Assembly (NCBI GenBank): GCA_963844715.1
Contig: CAWJPJ010000007.1
Location: forward strand, 1,184,001 to 1,248,000
Source of the DNA: an uncultured Phycisphaerales bacterium
Lineage (GTDB): Bacteria > Planctomycetota > Phycisphaerae > Tepidisphaerales > Tepidisphaeraceae
Length of the DNA: 64,000 nucleotides
Reading direction: 5' to 3'
The stretch's first letter is position 1. Every line of letters begins with the position of its first letter. The translations under genes were made by a program, and so were the position numbers. Shown here piece by piece: positions 22,698 through 33,054 of this stretch. Below the pieces are notes generated by a model that did not search any database, was not told the origin of the DNA, and saw only the letters and a program-made list of their open reading frames with translations.

Positions 22698-23601
22698 ATG
22701 CGTACTGCAAAACTAATGCTCTTAGCGGCTTTGGCTATGGGGGCCCCCGTTGCGATGGCGGATGCGCCGCCCACCACCGTTCCGTCCGTGGTCGCTTCCG
22801 CGCAAGTCGCGCCGGCCGCGCCCTCGGTGCTCGTCCTCCCGTTCCAGCAAACCGGCGACACCAGTTCGTTCGGATGGATCGCCCCGGCGGTCCAGGAAGA
22901 TCTGCTCGGGCAAATCGCCCGCCTTGGCGCGCTACAGCCCTTGTCCGCCAATCAGCCCGTGGCCGGCGCGGACACCGCCGCCGCTCTGCAAATCGCGCGG
23001 AGTAACAACGCGAACGTAGTGATCTTCGGCGGATATCAGATCGTCGGCGACCAGCTCCGTATCGACGGCCAAGCCCTCGATGTCGCCTCGGGCCGCATCA
23101 TCGGAACCCTCCAGGCAAACGGCGCGGTCACCGATCTCTTCAAGATGGAAGATGCCCTCGCCGCGCAGGTGAGCCAGCTTCTCCCGGCTCCGCCCTCGCA
23201 GATGCCGCAGGTGACTTACGGAACTCCCGATAATTCGTCGATGGCCCCGTCCGTCGCCGCCGTCCCCGATAACAACTACTACGCCCCGCCCTCTGGCTAC
23301 AATCCGTATGACTACGGATACAACTACTATCCGACCTACACCTACGGCTACGGATATCCGTATTACTACGCGCGCCCTTCTTCATCTATTCCGGCGGCTT
23401 TTACGGCGGAGGATTCTACCATCACGACTTCCACCAGGGATTCGAGCACACCGGCCCCATGCACTTCGGCGGCTCCCCGTCGTTTCAAGGCGGTTTCGGT
23501 GCAAGTCATCCATCGTTCAGCACCTCCCCCGCGTTCCGCGGTGGCGGCTTCGGCATGCCCATCCGTCTTTTAGCGGCAGCGCCGGCGGTCATGGCCGATA
23601 A
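22698..23601 (+). CDS. Secreted protein with TolB-N/CsgG-like domain and Tyr/Gly/His-rich tail (frameshift near 23372)
   Basis: Signal peptide; VLVLPF...VIFGGYQIVGDQLRIDGQALDVASG. Confidence 0.6.
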
Positions 23602-23610
23602 GCCCGTCCT

Positions 23611-26553
23611 CTAACTCGCGGCCTCGCCCGGCACAAAGCCGCGACGCATCGTATTCTCCGTGATGCACCGCGGCATGAGGAAATGGCGCAGATAATCCGG
23701 CCCGCCCGCCTGCGTCCCCGTCCCCGACAGCTTGAACCCGCCGAACGGCTGCCTCCCCACGATCGCCCCCGTAATCTTCCGATTGATATAAAGATTTCCC
23801 ACGCGAAACTCCCGCCGGCTCCGCGCAATGTTCCCCGGGCTCCGCGAATAAACGCCGCCCGTCAGCGCATACGACGTACCGTTGGCGATGCCCATTGCCT
23901 CGGACCAATCGCGAGCTTTCATCACCGAAAGTACCGGCCCGAAAATCTCCTCCCTCGCCAAAAAACTCTCGCTCGAAACATCCGCAAAAATATGAGGGCC
24001 CGCAAAATACCCTTCTCGCATTAGCTCCGAATCCTGAGAGTAAACCAACCGCGCCTCGCCCTTGCCGCGCTCAATGGCCGCGTGAATCCTCTTGAACGCT
24101 TCTTCGTCGATGACCGGACCCACGCCGCACGATGGGTCTTCCGCCGGAGCGATCTTCAAGCTTCGCGTGGCTTCAACCAGTCGATTCAAAAATGAATCAT
24201 AAATCCCCTCCAGCACCACAACCCGCGAGCACGCCGAGCACTTTTGCCCCGCATACCCAAACGCGCTGGCGGCCACCCCCGCGACCGCCTCGTCCAGGTC
24301 GGCCGTCTCATCCACGACAATCGCGTTCTTGCCCCCCATTTCCGCGATGATCCGTTTCACGTGGTCCTGCCCGCCCGGCGTTTGCGAGGCCAGCGAATTG
24401 ATTCCCAATCCCACCGCCTTCGATCCCGTAAACGCGATCATCGCCACCTTCGCCTCGCCCACCAGCGCCGGCCCGATCTCTTCCCCGATCCCAAAAAGGC
24501 AATTCGCCACTCCCGCCGGCGTCCCCGCTTCGACAAACGCCGCCGCCAATTTCGCCCCGATCACGCTCGATTGTTCCGCCGGCTTCATGATCGCCGTATT
24601 CCCCGTCACCACCGCTGCCGCAGTCATCCCGCACAAAATCGCCAGCGGGAAATTCCACGGCGCGATAATGACCGCCACGCCGCGCGGCTCGTATCCCCAC
24701 TCGTTCTGCTCCCCAGGCAAATCCCTTCCCTGCCGTCGCGAAAGCTCGCGCATCTGCCACGCATAATAATGACAGTAGTCGATCGCCTCCGCGACGTCCG
24801 CATCCGCCTCGCGCCACGGCTTTCCGCATTCCAGCACCTCCACCGCCGCCAGCGCAAACCGATCCCGCGCAAGAATCCCGCCCACTCGATCCAGCAACCC
24901 CGCCCGCTCCTCGGCCGCCACATCTCTCCATGTCGAAAACGCCCGATCCGCGGCCCCAATCGCCCGCCGCACATGATCCACCGTCCCGCGCGCGCAGCTG
25001 CCGACGATCTGCGACTTGTGCGAAGGATTGTTCGATTCCAGCCACCCATTGCCCGTTTCCCATTTTCCGTCGATCAACATCGGATACTGCGCGCCGATCG
25101 CCCCCTGTGCCGACGAAATCGCCTCGGCCATCCTTTGCCGCGAGGATTCCAATGAGAAATCCGTCGGAGATTGGTTTTCAAACCCAGCCGGCCGCGCTTC
25201 GTCGCGCGGCGGACGCTTTTGAAGTAATGGATTCATCAGCAACTGCTCCTCGGGCAAGCGTTCAACAAAGCCCGCCCGCAAGAAAGATTCGTTCGAGGTA
25301 TTTTCCAAAAGCCGCCGGATCAAATACGCCATCCCCGGCAGAAGTTTCCCAACCGGCATATAAACCCGCACCCGCCGCCCCATCCCCGAAACAGCCGCCT
25401 TTTCAGCGTCCGCCATCCCATACAACATTTGAAATTCGACATCGCGCGGGTCCACTCCCCGTCTCTGGGCCGCCGCCATCGCCGCTGCAATGCTCCGAAT
25501 ATTGTGGCTCGCAATTGCCGGCCGAAGCCACCGGTTTTTTTCCATCAGGAAATCCGCGCATGCTTCAAAATTCGCATCCGATTCCCATTTATCCAAAAAT
25601 ACCGGCGACTCCCATCCATTCTGCGCCGAAATGATCGTTTCGTAATCCCAATAAGCCCCTTTCACCAGCCGCACCCAAACCGCCGTCCCGCGCCCCTCCG
25701 CCCAGGTCGCCAGCGATGCCAGATCGTCCAGCGTCCGCTTCAGATAAGCTTGAATCGCGATCCCGATGTCTCCCCAATCCCGGAATTCTTCCTCGCACAA
25801 TACCGCTTCGAAAATCTCCAGCGTCGTATCCTTAAACGCGCGCTGTTCCATATCAAGATTCACAAACGCCCCCGCTTGCCGTGCCAGCCGCAAAATCGGC
25901 CGAAGGCGCGCGAGCACCGCGTCGCGCGTGCCCCCCGGGTCGATCGGATCAAATTGGCTGTAAAGCGAGGAGAGTTTGATCGAAACGTTGACCCGCGGAA
26001 TAACCCCCCGCGAATCTCGATCCAGCACCGAATCGTCCGCCAGCCGATTGATTCGCCCCGGCAGCTCCATCAATAGCTCAAGATATTGCCGCTGATAAGC
26101 CTCCGCCTCGGCCTCCGAGATCACGGCTTCCCCCAGCAGGTCAATCGAAAATGCCAATCGCTTCTGCCGCAGACTCTCAACTGCCCTGGCCGCTTCCTCA
26201 ACGCTCGACGCCGCGACGAACCGGCCCGCCATGCGCCGCACCTGCGATTTTGCGACCGCCGCCACCGGCGTCGCCATCCGCCCGCGCGTCGGCATTCGCT
26301 TAGCCGTCCACCGGGCCACCCGAGGCAACTTCCCGGCTTCCAGAAGGTATTCCCGCAGCAGTGACGCGATCTGCTCGTCCGTCCGAAGCACCGGAAGCAC
26401 GTCCACGAAGCGGAACAACTGCGCCTTCAGCGACTCATCCCGCATGACCAGTTTCATCATGAACTGATCGAAATGCCCGTCGTGCCCGGCAGACTGCTTC
26501 GCCCGCGCAAAAATCTCCCGGCCCAGATCGCGGATGTGATCTTCCAACTGCAC
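23611..26553 (-). CDS. putA: Bifunctional proline dehydrogenase / P5C dehydrogenase
   Basis: LFRFVDVLP, DLLGE, RLVKGAYWD, EFQMLYGM, RRLLENTSN; ALDH motifs FTGS, EMGGKN, GQKCSA, EEIFGP. Confidence 0.95.
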   Translation of the reverse strand: MQLEDHIRDLGREIFARAKQSAGHDGHFDQFMMKLVMRDESLKAQLFRFVDVLPVLRTDEQIASLLREYLLEAGKLPRVARWTAKRMPTRGRMATPVAAVAKSQVRRMAGRFVAASSVEEAARAVESLRQKRLAFSIDLLGEAVISEAEAEAYQRQYLELLMELPGRINRLADDSVLDRDSRGVIPRVNVSIKLSSLYSQFDPIDPGGTRDAVLARLRPILRLARQAGAFVNLDMEQRAFKDTTLEIFEAVLCEEEFRDWGDIGIAIQAYLKRTLDDLASLATWAEGRGTAVWVRLVKGAYWDYETIISAQNGWESPVFLDKWESDANFEACADFLMEKNRWLRPAIASHNIRSIAAAMAAAQRRGVDPRDVEFQMLYGMADAEKAAVSGMGRRVRVYMPVGKLLPGMAYLIRRLLENTSNESFLRAGFVERLPEEQLLMNPLLQKRPPRDEARPAGFENQSPTDFSLESSRQRMAEAISSAQGAIGAQYPMLIDGKWETGNGWLESNNPSHKSQIVGSCARGTVDHVRRAIGAADRAFSTWRDVAAEERAGLLDRVGGILARDRFALAAVEVLECGKPWREADADVAEAIDYCHYYAWQMRELSRRQGRDLPGEQNEWGYEPRGVAVIIAPWNFPLAILCGMTAAAVVTGNTAIMKPAEQSSVIGAKLAAAFVEAGTPAGVANCLFGIGEEIGPALVGEAKVAMIAFTGSKAVGLGINSLASQTPGGQDHVKRIIAEMGGKNAIVVDETADLDEAVAGVAASAFGYAGQKCSACSRVVVLEGIYDSFLNRLVEATRSLKIAPAEDPSCGVGPVIDEEAFKRIHAAIERGKGEARLVYSQDSELMREGYFAGPHIFADVSSESFLAREEIFGPVLSVMKARDWSEAMGIANGTSYALTGGVYSRSPGNIARSRREFRVGNLYINRKITGAIVGRQPFGGFKLSGTGTQAGGPDYLRHFLMPRCITENTMRRGFVPGEAAS

Positions 26554-26587
26554 GCTGCATTATTGGCTGGATTGTCCCAATAGGGAA

Positions 26588-27417
26588 CTAGGGCCTGTCT
26601 GATGAATCCAAAATCCTGAAATAGCGACGGATCATGGCGAGCTTGGCCATGGCCTGAAAGTTCACCGCCAGTTTCTCGTAACGCGTGCCCAGGCGGCGAT
26701 TCTCCTTCATCCAATTCACGCAACGCTCCACCACGTTCCGTCGGCGATACGCCTTGCGATCAAAGTTCTCCTGCGGCGGCTGATTCGATTTCGCCGGGAT
26801 CACCGCTTGGATTCGGTGGCGACGCAGCCATCGCCGCACATTTCCGTAACTGTATCCCTTGTCGCCCGCCAGCCTCCTGGGGCGACGACGGCGGCGACCG
26901 ATGCGCATCGCGTTCATCACCGGCTCCACGTACCGGCTCTCGTGGCATTGGCCGGCGCTGGCCTCGACGGCGAGCGGAACTCCCTGGCCGTCAGTAACCA
27001 GGTGGAGCTTGCTGCCCCACCCGCCTCGGCTGCGGCCCAACGCGTGATCCGCCGGTTCTTCCGGGGCGGTTTTGATTTTCTGGCTCCGGCGGCGGATCGA
27101 CTGGCTCGCACATTGGTGCCGTCGATGCACCACAGGTCCCAGTCGATTCGTCCTTGCTTGTCCAACCTCATCTGCAGCCGCTGGAGGATTCGATCAATCG
27201 TTCCGTCCTTTCTCCAGCGGTTGAAGCGGTCGTAGACGCTTTGCCATCTGCCGTAACGTTCGGGCATCTCGCGCCATTGAGCGCCCGAGTGCAGAATCCA
27301 GAACATGCCGTTGAGCGTGGTGCGGTGGTCGTTCCACTGCCCGCCGCGCTTGCCGTTGCCGGGCAGCAGATCGCCGATCAACTCGTACTGCTCATCCGTG
27401 AGCTCATAACGTCGCAT
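26588..27417 (-). CDS. IS5 transposase, orfA/orfB split by a frameshift near 27075
   Basis: ELTDEQ...WILHSGAQWREMPERYG; IDGTNVRA; LGRSRGGWGSKLH; ADKGY-like AGDKGY; YRRRNVVER. Confidence 0.92.
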
Positions 27418-27476
27418 CCGTGACACCTCGTCTGAAAACCGCTATTTATAACCAAAAGCGATTCATCAGACAGGCC
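26592..27476 (-). mobile_element. IS5-family insertion sequence (IS427-like)
   Basis: Perfect 17-bp terminal IRs ggcctgtctgatgaatc / gattcatcagacaggcc flanked by CTAG on both sides (TA versus CTAG duplication is ambiguous). Confidence 0.95.
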
Positions 27477-29597
27477 CTAGTTGGCTCGCGCCTGTGCCGC
27501 GTGAGCCAGCGCGAGCGGCTGCGCCGGCGGCTCCAGGTAGAGCGATCCCCACGTGCCTGGCCGAAGCTGCGTCTGCACCAGTTTCGGCGCCGACCAGAAG
27601 AAATCCGCCGCCGAATCGAAGTCCCGCACGTACAAATTGAACGCCAGGCTCGGCTGATGAACCGGATCGAAGCCGTGCAACGCAGCCCCCGGAATGAACA
27701 TCTCGGCGATGTACCGATCCGGCAAAATCTTCATCGTCCGCTTGATCAGCGGCTGGGGAATCAGGTTGTCCTTCAGCGCGTCCCCGTCCCGGTGCCACTG
27801 CCCGACCACCCCGACGCTCCCGTCCCCCTCCTTGCTGCCCGGATCGATGAAAAACTGGTGGCAATACACGTCGTAGCTATCCTGATCCGACGTGACCGAA
27901 TGCGTGCTGATCCAGAATTCCACGTGATCGCGCGTCCACCACCACCCATTCGCCGCGGCAAACTGCTGGTGATTGTCGAACACTTCGATCGCCAGACACA
28001 GCCCCTGGTTGTTCCACCCCATGTACACATTCGGCGTCTCGACCGGGTAACGGCTCATGCCCACGGTCTGCTCACGCCGCATCCCCGAAAGCTTGCACGT
28101 CGCCGGCCAGTCGCTCAGAACTCCATCCAGCGCCGGCACCTGCACCAGATACGGAACCTTCTCCTCCGGCTTGGCGGCATAACTGTCGCGCCAGACGTCC
28201 TGCTCCGAATCCACCGTGCTGCGCGCGTGCAACCCATTCAGCATTGGGGCCGTCTGCTTGATCGCCTCCCTAAGCTGCTGGTACGGCCTATCGTGTACGT
28301 CCACCACGCCAAAATTCACGTCCTCGCCGTCTCCGCTCCGCCCGCCCGGCGGCTCATCACACCACTGGAACCAGTCCGCCCCGATGATGTACGGAACCCG
28401 TGCCAGCCTCGTCGTCATCAGCCGGTATCCTTCCGCCCGCGCCTTCTGATCCGGAACATGTGCCTCGAACCCCACCGTGTCCATGTCCCCGCTGCTTCCG
28501 TCCATTGAATGGAACGAATACTCGCTGATCACGATCGGCTGCCCCGACTGCTCGTACATCATGTGGAACATCTCCGCGTCCAGCTTGGCGTCGGAGACGT
28601 AATAATTCAAAGATTGCGCATCCGTGTAATCGCGCGACGCCGCCACCACTTCCTGCGGCGCGTACCCCTTGAAACGCACCCCCAAAATCAGATGGTTCGG
28701 GTCATATTTGCGGATCAGGCGCGTTGTCAGGCGGAAATAATCCGATGCCAGATGGGAAGTCCAAGCCGAACTTAGCCTCGCAAACGGCCCCGCCGGCTCG
28801 CGCGGAAGCACCGACCAGCCGTCGATATCCTTCCAACTCGTCAGTTTCGTGCCCCAGGAATGGTCGAACTCCTGCGTCGTTGGCCACAGCGAATGGATCA
28901 TCTTCACGACTTCCATCCGGTTCGGGTCGTCCACCGGCAGATTGTCAAAATACGCCCCAGGTCCCGCGAATCCGTCCCCCCAGTCCAGTTCGTTGTCGAT
29001 GAAGTATCCCAGCAGGTTCTTATTATCGCGCAGCGGAACAACTTGCGTTTTCACCGCATGCTCAGCTAGGGCCGCCCAGTCAGACGAATAGAGCCGCCGC
29101 GACGCGTCGTCGATCCAGGTCCATAGATTCAGGTCCTGGCTCATCGGCACATCGAGGTGATGAAACGCCGGATTGCACCAGGCGCCCAATCCCTTGAACC
29201 CCGTGTTCAAAACCCGCGCAAGCGTCGCCTCGGCCCACTGATCGAGTTCCGCCCGGCTTCCCTCGCCGTCAGAATTCCCATGCCAGTCGCGGGATACGAA
29301 ATGCGGGGCCTCCCGGTCGCGGGAAAGCTGCAACGGCTGCACGGTTGTCACGGTATTCAAAAATTCCAGACGGTCGTCCGGAGACAAAAACCACCACACC
29401 CCCGACCGATCCTGTGCCAGTCTCCAATACCCTGGAACTCCTCGAATTACCGCCAGATTCTCAGCCGTGGCGGGCATCGTGGTCGGTGCCCAGGATCGGG
29501 CCGATGATGGAGATGCATCCCGCGCATGCGTGAACAGCGGCAGACCGATCCACGCGATCGCCACCACGAGCAACAGGATGATGACACTCTTCCTCAT
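27477..29597 (-). CDS. Secreted clan GH-A glycoside hydrolase (GH50/beta-agarase-like) with C-terminal CBM9/DOMON-like domain
   Basis: GYWR..WWFLSP, LLGYFIDNELDW, PIVISEYSF, IGADWFQWCDEP..GR..GEDVNFG; LDGVLSDW. Confidence 0.72.
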   Translation of the reverse strand: MRKSVIILLLVVAIAWIGLPLFTHARDASPSSARSWAPTTMPATAENLAVIRGVPGYWRLAQDRSGVWWFLSPDDRLEFLNTVTTVQPLQLSRDREAPHFVSRDWHGNSDGEGSRAELDQWAEATLARVLNTGFKGLGAWCNPAFHHLDVPMSQDLNLWTWIDDASRRLYSSDWAALAEHAVKTQVVPLRDNKNLLGYFIDNELDWGDGFAGPGAYFDNLPVDDPNRMEVVKMIHSLWPTTQEFDHSWGTKLTSWKDIDGWSVLPREPAGPFARLSSAWTSHLASDYFRLTTRLIRKYDPNHLILGVRFKGYAPQEVVAASRDYTDAQSLNYYVSDAKLDAEMFHMMYEQSGQPIVISEYSFHSMDGSSGDMDTVGFEAHVPDQKARAEGYRLMTTRLARVPYIIGADWFQWCDEPPGGRSGDGEDVNFGVVDVHDRPYQQLREAIKQTAPMLNGLHARSTVDSEQDVWRDSYAAKPEEKVPYLVQVPALDGVLSDWPATCKLSGMRREQTVGMSRYPVETPNVYMGWNNQGLCLAIEVFDNHQQFAAANGWWWTRDHVEFWISTHSVTSDQDSYDVYCHQFFIDPGSKEGDGSVGVVGQWHRDGDALKDNLIPQPLIKRTMKILPDRYIAEMFIPGAALHGFDPVHQPSLAFNLYVRDFDSAADFFWSAPKLVQTQLRPGTWGSLYLEPPAQPLALAHAAQARAN

Positions 29598-29915
29598 GGC
29601 ACTTCCGGCTAAAAAGACGGATACAAGCCGCTGGCCAGTATCGAGTTAGTCACATCCAACAGTGTGCCGCCCAATGCCTTTCACCACCTTGCTTAAAGCA
29701 GGCGGCGCCCGTTGAGGTGCTACATGGATGCGTACCTGTTTTATCGGTCTGCACCCAAAAGATAATTAGCCAAAATATGGCCCGCGTCAAATAGCCTAAG
29801 TTATTATTTTAAATAAGTTTGTGACGGTTTTCACGGTCCCTGTCAGGGAAGTTTTTTCCACCTTTTTATCGGAGCCGAGAGAGGCAAGCGCGGGGGTCCC
29901 GTCCGAAAACTACGC

Positions 29916-29943
29916 TTGACGGGACCATGAGGTTCATTACATT
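29916..29943 (+). promoter_or_regulatory. Putative sigma-70 promoter for the fusA leader
   Basis: TTGACG-N16-TACATT; the -35 overlaps a 9-bp inverted repeat (29895-29903 / 29918-29926). Confidence 0.55.
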
Positions 29944-29953
29944 ACCGCACTCC

Positions 29954-30260
29954 ATCGACTGCGATCTTGCGCACCAAACATTCTTGTGCGTAAATCCGTA
30001 CTGTCGATAAAGAGGCGGGTTTGATCCCGCTTCGCGTTCCGGCCAGGAGCGATCATGAAGCTGCAACCGGAGTGATGGTGGATGCTGACCGAAGCCCGGC
30101 ACGGTCGGCATCGGCGGATCGTGCAGGGGTGCGGCAGACGCCTCACCATGGAGCGGTCGGTGGATTCCCTCCACCGTAGCCTCGCCTCCCCGCAAGACCC
30201 GTCCACACACCCTACAGCGGCGCTCGCCAGGGGACTGGCGATCGCCCGAAACCGGCCTGG
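29954..30260 (+). ncRNA. Candidate structured 5' leader RNA of fusA
   Basis: At least five hairpins plus long-range pairing, found by eye (see findings). Confidence 0.45.
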
Positions 30261-30296
30261 GTTTTGTCCCAATTCTAGATTTTCGAAGGGTTTGTT

Positions 30297-32435
30297 ATGT
30301 CTCGCGACCTGACCAAGATTCGCAACATCGGTATCGCCGCACACATCGACGCCGGAAAGACAACCGTCTCCGAACGCATCCTCTATTACACCGGCAAGAT
30401 CCACAAGATGGGCGAGGTTCACGAAGGCACCGCCGTCATGGACTTCGACGAAGAGGAGCAGAAGCGCGGCATCACCATCAACTCCGCCGCCACCACCTGT
30501 CCATGGGACCGCAACGGCGAACGCTACACCATCAACCTGATCGACACGCCCGGCCACGTCGATTTCACCGCCGAAGTCGAACGCTCCCTCCGCGTCCTCG
30601 ACGGCGCCGTCGCCGTCTTCGACGGCAAGGAAGGCGTCGAAGCCCAATCCGAAACCGTCTGGCGGCAGGCCACCAAATACAACGTCCCGCGCGTCTGCTT
30701 CATCAACAAGATGGACAAGCTCGGCGCCGATTTTGAATTCAGCTTCAATTCCATCCGCGAGCGCCTCGGCGCCCCGGCCGTCGCCGTGCAGATCCCCATC
30801 GGCCAAAGCAGCACCTTCAAGGGAATGATCGATCTCCTCACCGGCGTCGCCATCTACTACAACGTCGGAGACGACAAGGACCGCGGGCATGACCATCATC
30901 GAAAAGCCCATTCCGCCGGAGGAAAAAGAACGTTTCGATAAGTGGCGACACGACCTCATCGAAAAAGTCGCCGAAACCGACGACCATCTGATGGAGAAAT
31001 ATCTCAGCAGTCAAGAGCCCACCGATCGACGAGCTCCGCAAGGGCCTCCGGGCCGCGACCATCGCTTTCAAGCTCCACCCCGTCTTCTGCGGCTCGGCCC
31101 TGAAATACGTCGGCGTTCAGCGATTGCTCGACGGCGTCATCGACTATCTCCCCTCGCCCGCTCGACATGCCCGCCATCAAGGGGCACGACGTCAAGGACC
31201 CCGAGAAGATCATCGAGCGCCATCCCAATCCAGACGAGCCGTTCTGCGGCCTGGCCTTCAAAATCGTCAACGATCAGCACGGCGATCTCACCTACGTGCG
31301 CGTCTATAGCGGAAAGCTCGAAAAGGGCAGCCGCGTCCTCAATAGCAACCGCGGCAAGAAGCGAAAACATCAGCCGAATGTTCCAGATGCACGCCGCCGA
31401 CCGGAATCCCATCGACGTCGCCGAGGCCGGCGACATCGTCGCCTGCATCGGCGTCAAGTGAAGCCCTCACCGGCGATACCCTCTGCGATCCGGATAATCC
31501 CGATCATCCTCGAGCGCCCGACCTTCCCCGAGCCGGTCATCAGCATGTCGATCGAGCCCAAGACCACGGCCGACAAGCAAAAACTCGGCGAAGCGCTCAC
31601 AACCCTCAAACGCGAAGACCCCACTTTCCAGGCCAACTACGACGATGAAACCGGCCAGACCATCATCGCCGGCATGGGCGAGCTTCACCTGGAAATTCTC
31701 CGCAATCGCCTCACCCGCGATCACCACGTCGAGGTCATCGTCGGCCGGCCCAAGGTCGCCTACAAGGAAACCATCACCGGACGCGCCGATCACGTCCGCG
31801 GAAAGCACGTCAAGCAATCCGGCGGCCGCGGCCAGTACGGCGACTGCTCCGTCAACATCGAGCCGTTCAACGGCGCCGGCGTAGACCCCGAACTGCTCAA
31901 AAAGTGGAACTGGAAAGACGGCGTCGCCTTCGAAAACAAAATCTTCGGCGGTTCCGTTCCCAAGGAATACATCCCGTCCATCGAATACGGCGTCCGCATG
32001 GCCGCCAAGACCGGCGTCCTGGCGAGCTACCCGCTTATCAACTGCAAAGTCACCCTCGTCGACGGCAGCTATCACGCCGTCGACAGCTCGCAGATCGCCT
32101 TCGAACTGGCTGGCCAGCTCGCCTTCCGCGAAGCCTGTACCAAGGCCGGCCTCACTCTCCTCGAGCCGATCATGAAGGTCGTCGTCACCACTCCCGAGGA
32201 ATTCGTGGGTAACGTCACCGGCGATCTCAATCGCCGCCGCGGGCTCATCGTCAACAGCGATCAGCGCGGCAACACCCGCGTCGTTGAAGCCGAGGTCCCT
32301 CTTAGCGAAATGTTCGGTTACACCACCGAATTGCGTTCGATGAGCACCGGCCGGGCCAGCTCGGTCATGGAACCCCTCCGCTACGCCCCGGTCCCCGCCA
32401 ACGTCAAGGCGGCGATCCTTCAGGAAGTCGGTTGA
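30297..32435 (+). CDS. fusA: Elongation factor G, stand-alone (several frameshifts)
   Basis: [62 protein letters not shown]. Confidence 0.95.
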
Positions 32436-32454
32436 TCCTCACAGGAAAAACAAG

Positions 32455-32497
32455 AAAGCCCCGGGAGACGCATTCGCTCTCCCGGGGCTTTTGATTT
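32455..32497 (+). terminator. Intrinsic terminator, probably bidirectional
   Basis: 14-bp perfect stem aaagccccgggaga / tctcccggggcttt followed by T-rich sequence. Confidence 0.88.
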
Positions 32498-32510
32498 GCC
32501 TCAAGACCGC

Positions 32511-33011
32511 TTAGGTCGGACTTTCGCACCACCCGTCAACGGCGGCCGGCCCGTATCCGGGCTTCATTGCCTGGCCCTTATATCGAAAGTTGGACAGCAA
32601 CTCCCCACCGCGAACATTGATCGGCGAAGAGGCCCCTGTATATGGATGAAGCACATTGTTCGCGATGGTGCCGCGAAGCAACGTGAAGTCCCGCTCGCCC
32701 GCCGCCGTTGACACCGCCACAAAACCCACCGCGCCGGACGGCGAAAAATCGACAATCTCAGACCTGCTCAGCGCAGGCCAATGCACGATATTCGCGTCGG
32801 TGAATTCGCCCGCCGCGACGGAAGTGCTTTCGATCAGTGCCGCACCGCCGGAATAATCATCCGCCCGGGGCCGCGAAAGTGCGCCGGCCATGAATCGCCC
32901 GCCGGCAAGAAGGGGGGTAAGAATTGTCACACCGGGAACGAGAATCGCTCCGGGAATCATTCTCCGTTTATGTCCACCAGGGCCGGTACCAGCAGGATCC
33001 ACAACACACAT
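32511..33011 (-). CDS. Hypothetical protein (start uncertain)
   Basis: ORF fills the gap downstream of the GH28 gene; no recognisable motif. Confidence 0.35.
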   Translation of the reverse strand: MCVVDPAGTGPGGHKRRMIPGAILVPGVTILTPLLAGGRFMAGALSRPRADDYSGGAALIESTSVAAGEFTDANIVHWPALSRSEIVDFSPSGAVGFVAVSTAAGERDFTLLRGTIANNVLHPYTGASSPINVRGGELLSNFRYKGQAMKPGYGPAAVDGWCESPT

Positions 33012-33054
33012 CCTTCTGCTTTCGCATTCATAGGCCCGCCCCTATCATTTCGAT

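Noticed and set aside
27477..29597. Evidence for agar degradation
   Set aside because: Family-level similarity only; no companion agarolytic genes, and the substrate is unknown.
29795..29822. AT-rich near-palindrome as a dif site or origin
   Set aside because: Poor match to the XerC/D consensus, no DnaA boxes, and not at a skew switch; more likely a promoter-region element.
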